Made by a program: the position numbers and the translations under genes. A stretch of DNA of 63,283 bases, counting the filler, from Octopus bimaculoides (taxonomy: Eukaryota): the NCBI RefSeq assembly GCF_001194135.2. It is 3 parts of 3 records of this genome, joined end to end, with 100 filler letters (N's around TTAATTAATTAA, not from the genome) between each part and the next. Parts side by side here need not be neighbours in the genome. Positions count along the whole stretch, not along the records: positions 1 to 25,158 come from NC_068984.1; 2 more parts are not named here. One strand, given 5' to 3'. Of the stretch, positions 1 through 12,859 are shown in pieces. The notes beneath the pieces are model-generated. The model saw nothing but the letters and a program-made list of their open reading frames with translations, did no database searches and was not told the origin of the DNA. How positions within the stretch are numbered: position 1 is the first letter of the stretch; every line of letters starts with the position of its first letter.

Positions 1-226
1 AAAAGACACCATTTCGAGCGTGGCCGTTTTCGTGCGGGTGACACGTAAAAGCACCCACTACACTCTCTGAGTGGTTGGCGTTAGGAAGGGCATCCAGCTG
101 TAGAAACTCTGCCAAATTAGACTGGAGCCTGGTGTTGCCATCCGGTTTCACCAGTCCTCAGTCAAATCGTCCAACCCATGCTAGCATGGAAAGTGGACGT
201 TAAACGATGATGATGATGATGATGAT
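1..226 (+). mobile_element. 3' end of a young RTE-clade LINE or its partner SINE, with (GAT)n tail
   Basis: Ends ...CCAACCCATGCTAGCATGGAAAGTGGACGTTAAAC(GAT)7; same 3' end as the RTE LINE at 8222 (minus) and nearly identical to 20680-20906. Confidence 0.75.
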
Positions 227-229
227 GTG

Positions 230-447
230 CGTGTATTTGTGTCTGTGTTTGTTCCCCACCCCCACATTGTTTAGAAACTGATGCTGGTGTGTTTATGCCT
301 CCGTAACTTTGTGATTTGGAAGACGATAGCAATAGAATAAGCACCAAGCTGACAAAGAATAAGTCCAAGGGTCGATTTCTTCAACTAAAAGGCAGTACTT
401 CAGCATGGCCAAACTCAAATGACTGAAACAAGTAACAGAGTAAAAGA
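230..447 (+). mobile_element. 3' half of CORE-type tRNA-derived SINE (family A)
   Basis: Matches the 3' half of the complete copy at 34676-35085, including the AAGTAACAGAGTAAAAGA tail. Confidence 0.75.
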
Positions 448-2830
448 TATATATATAAACAGATGGCATTTGCAATGAGCAGATTTTAAAACCAGAATCA
501 AAACTTGAGTATCTTATCTGGGATTTTATGTAACATAATAAAACAAGGTATGTAACAGATAAATTATTTTGGCAGTATTGGTAGACGACATCATTCACCC
601 ACACAACATTCCCTCGCAACATAGATAAAGAGGCTAGGCTGAAATGGGGCGGGGATGGCATCGTCTCCTCATACCGACCCTCTGGAGACCAATACCTAGG
701 GATTGCTCAATTATGTTTTTTTCTCAGACACACACACACCACACAAAGACATGCGTGCATGCACACACACACGCACACACACAGGTTTGTTGTGGATCAA
801 CATATTATAAATACATAGAATTAACAAAGTCTTCAGTATGAATTATTTTCTATTTCTGTATAAACAAAACATAGAAACAATTTGTGACATGGCATCAAAA
901 TTGAAATAGATATGGAAAGTTGAGATTTAGACAAAAAAAAAAAAAAGTGTCATTAAGCAGAGAAAAAATATTTTCCTGATATTTAGCTGTTATTTCTAGC
1001 ATATTGAGTTTTGTGGTTAGAGCTTAATATTCTTTTGTTTGCTGTCACAGGAGAAATCTATGCAGTTTTGTGCTTTTGGAAAGTGGGAAGGGGTAGGGAG
1101 GGGCGACAGGATGTTTTCTAAGAAAATTTGAAATTAAAAAACAAAAATTTCTGGATCTTTTGAGTTTGGCTGCCAGTTTTCAATCTCTTCAATTCTTACT
1201 CAAATTGATTTCATATTCAGTGTNNNNNNNNNNNNNNNNNNNNNNNNNNNNNNNNNNNNNNNNNNNNNNNNNNNNNNNNNNNNNNNNNNNNNNNNNNNNN
1301 NNNNNNNNNNNNNNNNNNNNNNNNNNNNNNNNNNNNNNNNNNNNNNNNNNNNNNNNNNNNNNNNNNNNNNNNNNNNNNNNNNNNNNNNNNNNNNNNNNNN
1401 NNNNNNNNNNNNNNNNNNNNNNNNNNNNNNNNNNNNNNNNNNNNNNNNNNNNNNNNNNNNNNNNNNNNNNNNNNNNNNNNNNNNNNNNNNNNNNNNNNNN
1501 NNNNNNNNNNNNNNNNNNNNNNNNNNNNNNNNNNNNNNNNNNNNNNNNNNNNNNNNNNNNNNNNNNNNNNNNNNNNNNNNNNNNNNNNNNNNNNNNNNNN
1601 NNNNNNNNNNNNNNNNNNNNNNNNNNNNNNNNNNNNNNNNNNNNNNNNNNNNNNNNNNNNNNNNNNNNNNNNNNNNNNNNNNNNNNNNNNNNNNNNNNNN
1701 NNNNNNNNNNNNNNNNNNNNNNNNNNNNNNNNNNNNNNNNNNNNNNNNNNNNNNNNNNNNNNNNNNNNNNNNNNNNNNNNNNNNNNNNNNNNNNNNNNNN
1801 NNNNNNNNNNNNNNNNNNNNNNNNNNNNNNNNNNNNNNNNNNNNNNNNNNNNNNNNNNNNNNNNNNNNNNNNNNNNNNNNNNNNNNNNNNNNNNNNNNNN
1901 NNNNNNNNNNNNNNNNNNNNNNNNNNNNNNNNNNNNNNNNNNNNNNNNNNNNNNNNNNNNNNNNNNNNNNNNNNNNNNNNNNNNNNNNNNNNNNNNNNNN
2001 NNNNNNNNNNNNNNNNNNNNNNNNNNNNNNGTGCTTACAGCTGACCTCTGCCTTTTTTTCAGTTTGGCTATGAGGCTGTAATGCGTCTCAATAGAAACAT
2101 CTACTGGTGTACAACCTATCAGCCAGAGACAGCTATAGGTACAACCATAAGTTACATGATATTTTGTGAATACAATAAATAACCTAATTATTACCTTATC
2201 GACACCTGAGTAGAGGTAAGAGGTAATAAGATTCATTCTAATCAATAAGAGATTAATAATAGAACATATGTTACTATTGCCAGTCAAAGAAAATTATCAG
2301 CATCAAGGTGAGATCAACAAATTTTGACCCTACACTGCTTCCTCGATTTCCTTATTGGCAAACTTCAGACTTAGGAAACACCAACAAGCTGGAATTTCTC
2401 TGTTTTGATGGGTATTTTTCAGATTTTTTGTTTTCGCAGTCCCCATGGAAATGCTCTGGACTATCTTTTTAGCAAAAAAAAAAATTAGCGAAAAGGATGT
2501 TTTTTCACACCAACTGATTTTAGTTGATTTTGAAGACACTACATACAATGATTTTTGGGGGCACTACATCCTTAAAAACTATAGGAGAAGCTTTTTCAGC
2601 AAAAAAAGTAAATATTTTCAAACAAAAAGGTGTGATTAAAGGGAGATTTTTCTGTTGTTTCTAGCAAATCTCATGACCACCTTCCTCATTTCTTTCTCAC
2701 TCTGACAAGTATTGATGTTTTTCAATATTTTGTCTCCTTTAATAGCATAAATGAGTTTATGCTATGAGAAAAATTATTTTGAAAATTTGATTTTTAGCAA
2801 CCCTAAACCTTACCAGTCGTGGGATTTTAT

Positions 2831-3055
2831 TCTTTTACTTGTTTCAATCATTTGACTGTGGCCATGCTGGAGCACCACCTTTAGTTGAAGAAATCGACCC
2901 TCACAATTTATTCTTTGTAAGCCTAGTATTTATTCTATTGGTTTCTTTTGCCAAACCTCTAAGTCGTGGGGATATAACTACACCAACATCGGTTGTCAAG
3001 TGATGGCAGGGAGACAAACACAGACACACACAAATATATACATATATATATGTAT
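2831..3055 (-). mobile_element. 3' half of family A SINE
   Basis: CTTTTACTTGTTTCAATCATTTGACTGTGGCCATGCTGGAGCACC...; homologous to 34676 and 48160 copies. Confidence 0.8.
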
Positions 3056-3062
3056 ATTTGCT

Positions 3063-3396
3063 GAGACCCCCTTCGGTCATGACTGACCATGGGATTGCAC
3101 CTAGAAAGTTACCCTCTCAGGCACAAGTCCGGGCAAAGTTGTTTTATGGAAGACCAGCAGTCACCCATGCATACCGGCCTCCCCTCTCCACGCCACCAGT
3201 GTTATCCAAGGGAAAGGGAAAGGCCGATACAGCTTGGTACCAGTGATGTCGCAACTCATTTCTACAGCTGAGGGAACTGGAGCAACGTGAAATAAAGTGT
3301 CTTGCGCAAGAACACAACACACAGCCCGGTCCAGGATTCAAACTCACAACCTCATGATCGTAAGCGCGATGCTCTAACCACTGAGCCATGAGCCTT
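3063..3396 (-). mobile_element. tRNA-derived SINE (family C), apparently full length
   Basis: Minus strand has A box TGGCTCAGTGG and B-like GTTTGAATCC, then GTGTTCTTGCGCAAGACACTT; related to 52527-52805. Confidence 0.75.
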
Positions 3397-4176
3397 CACT
3401 ATATATGTATATATATATATATATATAAAGAAGTCCAGCTTATTGTTTGTATCACGACAGAACGCACGCGTTAACCTTTATACAGTAAGTTTAAACTATT
3501 TTTTTAACGCGACTCTGTCTATCTCTATATCTATCTCCCCCTCTCATTCTTCCCTCTACTGTTTTTCGCCTCTCCCTGTCACTACTATCTCTCTCTCTAT
3601 CTCTCGCTGCTCGTCCTTCGCCTCTCACTGTTACTACTACTATCTCTCTCCCTCTCTACCTCTCGTTGCTTATTTTCGTTCTTCGACTCCTCAAGCTCGC
3701 ACGTACTTCTTTGCCCCTCCAGTTCGTGCATCACAGCGTNNNNNNNNNNNNNNNNNNNNNNNNNNNNNNNNNNNNNNNNNNNNNNNNNNNNNNNNNNNNN
3801 NNNNNNNNNNNNNNNNNNNNNNNNNNNNNNNNNNNNNNNNNNNNNNNNNNNNNNNNNNNNNNNNNNNNNNNNNNNNNNNNNNNNNNNNNNNNNNNNNNNN
3901 NNNNNNNNNNNNNNNNNNNNNNNNNNNNNNNNNNNNNNNNNNNNNNNNNNNNNNNNNNNNNNNNNNNNNNNNNNNNNNNNNNNNNNNNNNNNNNNNNNNN
4001 NNNNNNNNNNNNNNNNNNNNNNNNNNNNNNNNNNNNNNNNNNNNNNNNNNNNNNNNNNNNNNNNNNNNNNNNNNNNNNCAGTAATGTATCTATATGTAAA
4101 TGTGGATGAAGGTATATACATACATGTACATATATATGCATATACTCATATATTGTTTATATATATATATATATAT

Positions 4177-4540
4177 TGATAGAAAGGACAACAAAAGAAA
4201 GAAAGAGACCTCGAAATGTAAATAGAGGAATTTATCTGTAAAAATATTTGACACTTATTCGGTAGCCATGATAAAACTCCGAGTTTCGGATGCTGGGGTG
4301 GGAACCCACACCGCCTTCTCTTCAGTTATCCGGCCATTGAAAATTCCTGTGAAAAATGACCGTTAAACAAAGGGAAATTACTGTGTGTTTGACCATTATT
4401 AAGACAAAAGAGCTACAGATCACTAAGGGGAGGGAGTAAAGGTAAGGGGGTAGAAAAGTCTATAGTGTTCACGTAAGTGCACCAATCTGTACATTCGCCT
4501 ATATGTATATACTAAACCACCCCTGCTTGAAACACACACA
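4177..4540 (-). mobile_element. Penelope-like terminal repeat fragment carrying a hammerhead motif, 3' end at (TA)n
   Basis: Minus-strand CTGAAGA...CGAAAC motif; ends at the (TA)n run near 4158-4176; same layout at 28589-28700, 37690-37895, 59581-59760. Confidence 0.55.
4263..4336 (-). ncRNA. Type I hammerhead ribozyme fold (GUU cleavage triplet)
   Basis: GATAA-CTGAAGA-[helix II]-GAAA-CTC-G-GAG-T-T-TTATC: helix I GATAA/TTATC, palindromic helix III; helix II imperfect. Confidence 0.65.
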
Positions 4541-5039
4541 TGCTCACCCACATACTCACCAAAAACTATACATATATATATACATGTACATATACATATA
4601 TATACCCACATACACAGGTATACCCGCCTACGCACCCACATACACACGCACTCAACAGCCTTGCACCCATACACACGCACGCATGGGTACGTGCGTATAT
4701 AGATGTATGTGCATGCATGCGAAAATATGCATATATAGACGCGTTTTAACCTTATAGTTTTTTCACACTTTCTTCTGTAATTTGCTTTTAGCCCTATGGT
4801 TTTTGCTTTTTTTTCGTGAACAACAACAACAACAACAACAACATGGAAAAATACCTTAGGAATGAGAATCCAGATTCAAAATTTCCCTAACACACTTTCT
4901 TCCTGTTTCTTGAATAAAAGCTGTGATGGACTGCCATCCCGTCCTGCTGTGGGGAACACATATGCCATAGAAACCGGCAAGGCTTTAAAAGGGCGCAAAA
5001 AAAAAAAATAATAATAATAAGCCAAATCTGAAAGTTTTG

Positions 5040-5570
5040 CTGGGTCTGTGAATGGAAACTGTGTTTTTCTGTCAAGGTTGGGATGACACTAACAGACAAA
5101 GTTCAGCAAGACTTCTCCATCACTTTCCCATTTCTTAGCACAAAAGACCTCAATTTTGATAGTTTGGAGCTCATCCTTGCTGATGATATGATTTTCTTGA
5201 GTCCTTGAAGGATCCACCTTCCACCAACCATTGTTGATGTTGTTACAGTCAGGTCATCCATGAAGGCTCTTATAGATGGTTGTTGCATACCAGATTTCGT
5301 TTGGGGCCCCTAACACTCCACCTCTGCTGACTTGACTACCATGTTCACGGTGAGGGTGAAATGGGTTTCTGAAATGGTGCAGCCAGTTATAATACCCTTT
5401 TCGAGCCTGCGCCACTTGGATGCTGTATGACCAGAAGTGATTCTCCCCTACAAGTTACAATAAGAATCTCGAATGAGGCTGATCTTCCGGTTTAATTATA
5501 TTTTCTATTAGATCATAACCATGGTCTAGGATGAGAAGCATTTTTTGTCCCATCTCCCATAAAAGTCATT
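5040..5570 (-). mobile_element. Non-LTR reverse transcriptase fragment, Hero-like
   Basis: Translates WRRLEKGIITGCTIS...QQPSIRAFMDDLTVTT...RWILQGLKKIISSARM; FMDD catalytic motif; degraded. Confidence 0.7.
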
Positions 5571-5699
5571 TTATGCAGTTCATATCTCTCCTTAGTTTGT
5601 ATTGAAAACTTCAAAAATAATTCTTGCTGTACAAAGTAATCAGGTTTTTCTGTACTGCACCCACCCCCAGGAATCTTCCACCAATTCGTTGAGGAATTA

Positions 5700-8218
5700 C
5701 ATGGAGAAAGAAGAAAAGGCCAAAACTTAGCAAATAGTCCTCAAAGGGGGAAGTGAAAGAGGAGGAGGGTACAGAGCTCCACTCCAAGGACACAACAAAA
5801 ACAACAAGCACAAAAAGCATAAATACAGCCCATTTTATAACCACTCCAACAAGAAGAAGAAAACACAAAAAACTGAAACAGCAAAACAACAAAGCAACTT
5901 AAACTATATGCAAAAAGTATCCATTAACTTCACTGCTGTAAACAAAAATAACAGTGAATTGATGGAATACCTAAATAAAAATAAAATCAAGACAGAAGGA
6001 GAGGAATGAATTTGAGGATTTCATCCTCAAAATTCCAAAGGACTGTGCTAATAAAAGTGTCATCAGATGTGTACAAACAATTCAAGAGAAATTCCCAGTT
6101 AAGGTGAAATTTTTAAAAAAGACGATAGATAAAAACTTTAACAAGGGGCTTCTACAAAACATTAACCTGAAGAGAGGTCTGAAACATCTGGGCTTCTGGA
6201 AATTCAAGATGAGTGATCTTCTTTCTTTCTCCAGTTAACATGATTGTGCTGAGAATACAGTGTGTGAATGTACCTGGCCTGAAGTCAGCTCAGAAGGAAG
6301 GTTCATTGCTCAATGATCTCTGGTCAATTGATATAGATGAGTCATCCATCAGTGAGATGATGATTTTTGGAGTATACATACTAGTTTCTTTTTTCAATGA
6401 CTATGAAATATTCTTATCTCATTGTCTGTCAGGATCAGACAGCAGGGTAGCTGTGCTATTCCAGAAATTCTTACATCTCAAAATATGAGCAATCTTCTTG
6501 GACCTGGACAGTAAGTTGGTGGCCCTGGACATGAATGGTAGTGAAGGTAGCACCTTTAGACTGATGGCCTTTTAGGCTCTGACTGGAGCTGGAAGACTAT
6601 ATTTCTTCAAATATCTTGAAACATTCCTGGGAATGTCTCGCTTTTTAGTATTAGTTGGGGACTGGAATTGTATTTTGGACATATGGAATGACTGTGCGGG
6701 GCTAGTGCATAGCAGGAGCCTCTACAGGAACCATATTAGTGAGCAAGTTAAGTGGCAGTCAACAGGGACAAGCATCAACAACTGATGGTAGGTTGCTCTG
6801 AAGAGGACAATTAGAGTAGAATTGATAGCATTTGACAATGAACTAGGAATTGAAAGCAATAGATTAGAGGGAGAACTATTTTCAAACTTAGAAGAGGCTT
6901 TTAGTAAAGGTATTGTAACTGACATGCTAGTGGTGAGAATGGCCATTGACCATTTCTTTAAGGTGAATCCACAGAGACTGCTTTGTCAGAGCTAAGTCTA
7001 ATGCACTCAAATACGAAGGAACTAAAGTCGTTCAATGGGCCTGAAAGATGGAGACACAACATGACAACAAAACCATGAACAGGTACTGAGTAGGTGTATG
7101 CAACCTTCCAACAGTACTTCATAGGACTGTTTGAGGAGGGTGATGGGTCAGCAGTGGTGGTGGACTTTAGTTTGTACTTGGATGGTCTGTCTTAGCTTCA
7201 GCAAAGAATATAAAGTTCTTCAAAAAGCCAATAACAGCTACTGAAATAGAGGAAGCAATGACAGTTGCACTAGTCACAAATCGCCTGGTTTTGACGGTGT
7301 GCCCGATGAGTTCATGCCAGATTTGTTTGGTAGCCTCTTGAAAGAAGTTTACTGTAACTGTCAGCAGAACATGAGAGTGGTAATGCTGCTGAGGAAGGGT
7401 ACTGACAACGGAGACATGCCAGGGAATTTTCAGGTCATAACCAATAAACACAGAATTTAAGATTTTGACCAAGTTGTTTGCCAAAAGTTGGCAATTGCTC
7501 TTGGTAATCAGAGATGTGCAAATGTGCACAATTCCAAGCAAGTCTATTCTCAACAACTTCCACCTGTGATACATCACAGAGAGGGCTCAGATGAACCCTC
7601 ACTTTTGTGGGGCTTTGATCAATCTGAGTCAATCTAAAGCATCTGATAGAGATGACCATTATTACTTGGAAGCTGTCCTGAAATCAGTTCAGTTCAGACT
7701 TGTTTTCAGAGGCAGGATTGCTGCAACACACAGTACCTGCTTGGGGAGTAAAGTAAATGGTCACCTACTGGTATGTTTTGCATTGCATATTCAGTCTGCT
7801 AGGGCTACCTGCTCTTACCCCTTCTGTATGTGCTGGTTCTCAAGCCCCTGTTATGGAAGTTGGAACAATTCAGGGGCATCCCATTTGAACTAGGACCTGG
7901 GAGGGCAGAGTTGGCATGCATACATGATGTTACTATCATTATGTCGACACCCCTAAAGTGGAAAAGGTCAGTGCCATTCTAAAGGAGTGTAAGTTGGAAG
8001 CAGGGGCCTAAATCAATGCCAACAAGTTGGTAGATTTGCAACCAAGCATCTAGAATGCCCAGCTGATGGACCAGTTAAACTGCCCATGGTCTGGTTTGGT
8101 CCCAACCAGCTGGATAAGAACTGGGGGATAGTGACAAACAGGGTGGCCAGTCTTACCCAGTAATGGACAAAATGGAAGCTGTCCCTGAAAGGGCAGATGG
8201 AGGAGGCAAATTCCTACA
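5700..8218 (+). mobile_element. Degraded L1/Tx1-clade LINE (copy 1): APE endonuclease and RT
   Basis: VNVPGLKS (6260), LVGDWNCILD (6650), SPGFDGVP (7285), QGYLLLPLLYVLVLKPLLWKL (7800), KLSLKG (8177); many stops; cut at 8222 by an RTE. Confidence 0.8.
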
Positions 8219-8221
8219 TCA

Positions 8222-11200
8222 TTGTCATCATCATCGTTTAATGTACGCTTTTCATACTGGCATGAGTTGGATGGTTTGACTGAAAACTAATAAGCCAGGG
8301 AGTGGCATCAAGTTTCAGTCTGATTTGGCAAGGTTTCTATGGCTGGATGCCCTTCCTAATACCAACCACTCCAAAAGTGTAGTGGGTGCTTTTTACATGT
8401 CACTGGCACAGGTGCCAATGACATGACATCAGCCACAACTATGATCTTACTTAGCTTGACAGGTCAACACAAGCACAGTATATCACCAAAGGTCTTGGTC
8501 ACCTGTCACTGCCTCTGTAAGGCCCAACACTCGAACGGTGGTGTTTACGTGTCACTGGCACAGGTGCCAGTCAGACGGCACTGGCATCGGCCATGACAAC
8601 AATTTCGCTTGGCTTGACAGGTCTTCTCAAGCACAGCATATCACCCAAAATTTGAAGGGTATTTTTTATGTGCCAGTTAAGTGACACTGGCGTCAGCTAC
8701 GACTATGATCTCACTTGGCTTGACGAGTCTTCTCAAGCACAGTATATCACCAAAGGTCTCGATCACTTGTCATTGCCTCCATGGGGCCCAACGTTCAAAG
8801 ATCATGGTTCACCAACTCATTCCATGTTTTCCTTGTTCTACCTCTTCCACAGGTTCTCTCCACCGTTAGAGTGCAACACTTCTTCACACTGCTGTCCTTG
8901 TCCATACATATCCCATGACCATACCAATGCAGTTGTCCCTCTTGTACACCACATCTGATACCTCTTATGTCCAACTTTTCTCTCAGGATGCTTACACTCT
9001 GTCATGCATGCACACTGACATAACACATCCAGTGATGCATATTAGCTTCATTTCTTACAAGCCTATGCATGTCCTAGGCACAGCCCATGTTTCACTACTG
9101 TATAGCATGGCTGTTCGCACACAGGCATCATACAGTCTGCCTTTCACACTGAGGGGGAGGCCCTTTGTTACAAGCAGAGGTAGGAGCTCTCTGAACTTTG
9201 CCCAGCCTATTCTTATTTTAGCAGCTACACTCTCAGAGCATCAACCCCCGCCTCTGACTTAGTCAACTACTTCCAGTTTTCCCCTCTGGCATGTGATAGA
9301 GTCTCTTTTCTGTACATTTTTAGTATTAATTGTACCTGTACACCTTCCACACACAAAAATTATTTTCCCTGTTAACCTTCCTCTGATATTGCTGCACCTC
9401 TAATGTGTCCATAGCTTACACTGGGTACATCTTATGGAGTTTCTACTCATGCCTTTTCTACAGATTGAGCAGGGCCATCTACCTGAAGGGAATTGTGATT
9501 TGTCTACTTTCCTATTTACTAAGACTTTGGTTTTTGCTAGATTGACTCTAAGGCCCTTCAATTCTAGACCTTGCTTCCACACCTGAAACTTCTCTAGTTC
9601 TGGTAGTGATTCAGCTATAAGAACAAGGTCGTTAGCACAGAGGAGCTTCTAGGGTTAGCCTGTCTTAAATTCTTCTGTTATTGCCTGGAGGACTATGATG
9701 AACAAGAGGGGGCTGAGGACTGATCCTTAGCGAACCCCTACTTCTACCCTGAATTCTTTGCTATACTTGTTGCCAACCCTCACCTTACTGACAGCAGCCC
9801 TGTGCATATCTTGTACAGCTCTCACCAACTACTCATCTATCCTTAGTTTCTGCATTGACCACCAGATAAGGGATCAAGGGACCCTGTCAAAAGCTTTCTC
9901 CATATCAACAAAAGCCAAGTACAGAAGTTTATCTTTGGCTATGTATTTCTCCTGCAGCTGCCTTACCAGAAATATAGCATCAGTGATGCTTCTCCCAGGC
10001 ACAAAACCAAACTGCATCACATCTAGACTAACTCTCTTCCTAATTAGTTATGCTATGACCCTCTCTGTGACTTTCATCACCTGATCTAACAATTTGATAC
10101 CTCTGTAATTGTTTCTATCTAAGGCATCACCTTTACCTTAGTAGCAGTTGACTATAGTGTTGCTACACAAGTCATTAGGTATGAAGCCTTTGTGTACCAA
10201 CTGGTTAACTATACAGGTGACTAGACCATAACCTACACAACCAGATATTTTAAGCTTCTCAGTGGTGATACTCTATGGGCTGGGGGATTTCCTTGTCATT
10301 ATATCCTTAATTGCATTATCTACCAGGGTACTGTTGATTCAGATAGCTGCTCACTCTGTTGGGTCAACATTTGGTGGACTCTCCTACCATTCATTCTCTT
10401 CATTTAGCAGCCTTTCATCGTGGCATTTTCAAGCCTCTTTCTTTTTAGAATCATTAAATGCAAGTGCATCATCATCCATGCAGACACAGTTCTCTCCTGT
10501 GACATTGCAATTTTCTCTAACATATTGTCCTGCAATTTGAAACACTTCAAGTCACTGGTTGTCACATCACAGAACATTGGCAAACTTCTTTTCTGCTTCC
10601 CCTCTAGTTAAGTATACCAGTCTCCTAGCTTCCCTTCTGGTGATCTGATACAGTTTTCTGCTACCACCACACTTCCAGTCCTTCTAGGTCTGTTTCTTTT
10701 CTCTAATGGTCCTGCCAACTACATTGTTCCGCCACCATGTCACTTTAGGTTGAGAGCGGATTTTGCACCGGCCACAGATCTGGTCAGTAGCCCTCAACAG
10801 GTTGTCTGTAAGAACCTCCATTTGTCTTCCATGCTATATGTTGTTATATCCTTCTCTTTTTCATCAAATGCTTCAAGTAGTACGTCTCTAAATCTCTGTC
10901 CATTCACAGGATACTTAAGTTTCCAGACCATTCTTTTCCTCACTGGTCATCTTCTGGGAAGTCATTTAGCCCTGATTCTGAAGTTGCAAACAACTAACCT
11001 AAGCTGGGGAGGTGCATTCTTCACCTGGGAAAGTTTTGGAATTAATAAGCAGCCATCATTCCTGTTTCCTGGCACGAATGTAGTGAATTTGACTAGTGTG
11101 CCCACTGGACTGGTAGGTGAACAGGTGACTGGCTGGTTTCCTGAAGTAGTATTGCAGATCATAAGGTCATTTGCATCACAGAACTCCAGTAGCCTGGTTC

Positions 11201-11540
11201 CATTATTATCTATCACCTGACCATCGTTGCCCCGGCTACCACTTGATCAAGTTGGAACATCTGTTATATATTTTCTTGTGGAAGGGATGTGTTTCAGTAG
11301 TCAGGTGGTAAGTCTGCTGCTAGCATGGTGGCTTAGGCATACCATGGTTACTGATGCACCAACATGCACTGAAGTTGTGTAATGTGCAATGATTCTTAGA
11401 TGTTGAATGTGTGTGGGCTCCATTTGTGAGGCATATCTTTGCAGCTTGTCTCCTTGACAGAGATGCAGTCCTGATAGAAGAAAAGACTGATATTGGGTAC
11501 TTGACACCTTGAATGTTGTTAGGCACTCACAGCTATCTAC
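8222..11540 (-). mobile_element. Degraded RTE-clade LINE
   Basis: APE fragment NGTRLLEFCDANDLMICNT (ORF 10962-11216), GLRVNLAKTKVL plus Cys-rich motif (ORF 9400-9582), 3' end with GAT repeats at 8222-8240. Confidence 0.85.
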
Positions 11541-11699
11541 CACAGCAATATGATCAGTGGATGTTTCACTTTAGCAATATAGGGTGTTTGAGATAAATTT
11601 GACAGCTTACATAAAAAGAAAAGAAAACACAATATTCCATCTAAAAATAAAAGTATTTAAAAAAATATAAAAATATAAATTTGATTATGGCTGAGAGAT

Positions 11700-12665
11700 A
11701 ACAGCTTACTCAAGGTAGTCACCCTCAGCTTCTACCATGGCATCAAGATGGCTTCAACTTGGTGCAAGCATTCCTCATTGTGTCCTTGGGAAGATCTTCA
11801 AACACCTTGATCTTGGCCACCAGCTCAGCTTTGGTGTTGCAGGCAGAGTGGATGGAGTTTTCTCAACTGTGCCCTACACATAGTAATCTATGGATTTCAA
11901 TTGGGAGAATCAAAAAGCCATAAATTGGGGTTGGTGAAGTTGTAGAGATTCTTTAAGAACCAATTCTGACTCTTTTCAGAGGTATGACAAAGAGCTGAAT
12001 CCTGGTACCACACAGATGGTCTTCCAGCAGCAACCCCCTCCAGCCAGAGATTGGCCACAGTCAGCAGTAGCTTCACATAGCCATCTGAATTAAGCCTAAG
12101 GCCCTATTCAAAAATGTTGGGAAGCATAACATCACCCTCATTGGAGACACACCCAAAGATCATTACAGTTTGGAGGAACTTGGTTTTCATGATAAGTGGG
12201 GCATCACATGGACTGTAAGCAAGCCAGCCACTTGTGTTCTGGGTGTTGTACAACTGGTCCTGGCAGAAGTTCTTTTCATCTGAGAAGAATCAGATCATCC
12301 CAGGCTCATCATGTTGCATCAGCTTGTTCAGGAGCTTCTTTGCCTTCATTGAGTAGTTCTCCTTGATCTTGGCTATGAGAATTTGTCCCTTGTGTCTCTT
12401 GTATGAGTGGTAATAAAGGTCTTCATTCAAGGCCAGCTCCATAATAGTGACTCCAATACCTATCTCTCTTACCAAAGCCCAGATTGCCTTGCTCAGATCT
12501 TCTGTCATCTTGTCCAGCAGTTGTTGCATGAATTTCAGCATGTGGATGCAGTCAGAACACCTGCTGGCCACAGCTTCATAGTCTCTGTTGAAGCTGTCTT
12601 ACAGCTGCAACAGTGTTGACAGAGCATTGAGCAGCCATCATGATGTTGGCATATTGATACCCAGT
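11700..12665 (-). mobile_element. Tc1/mariner transposase remnant (maT/DD37D-like)
   Basis: Minus strand gives WSDEKNFCQD, VMIFGCVSNEGDVMLP, WYQDSA and a degraded SPDLNPMDYYVWG-type motif; frameshifted. Confidence 0.7.
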
Positions 12666-12859
12666 GTGAGTCATTATGATATAAGTAACTCTTTTCTAAT
12701 ATTCAGATGGCTTCCAGTCCTCCATTTCAGCTAACTTTTTGCAACTACAACTTTAATTTGTATGCTCTCTAATGGTATTGTCTGTTCACAAATACAACAA
12801 GCTGTTCCTCAAACAAAAAAAGAAGCATAAAATTGGTCAAATTTAGCCCAAACACCATG

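Noticed and set aside
1160-2287. Long ORFs spanning N runs (also at 3443, 19895, 29571, 36153, 46149, 59056, 61322)
   Set aside because: Open only because N codons translate as X.
6165-6190. CTGAAGA-GAGGTCT-GAAAC hammerhead-like spacing
   Set aside because: No convincing helix I or III and no UH triplet.
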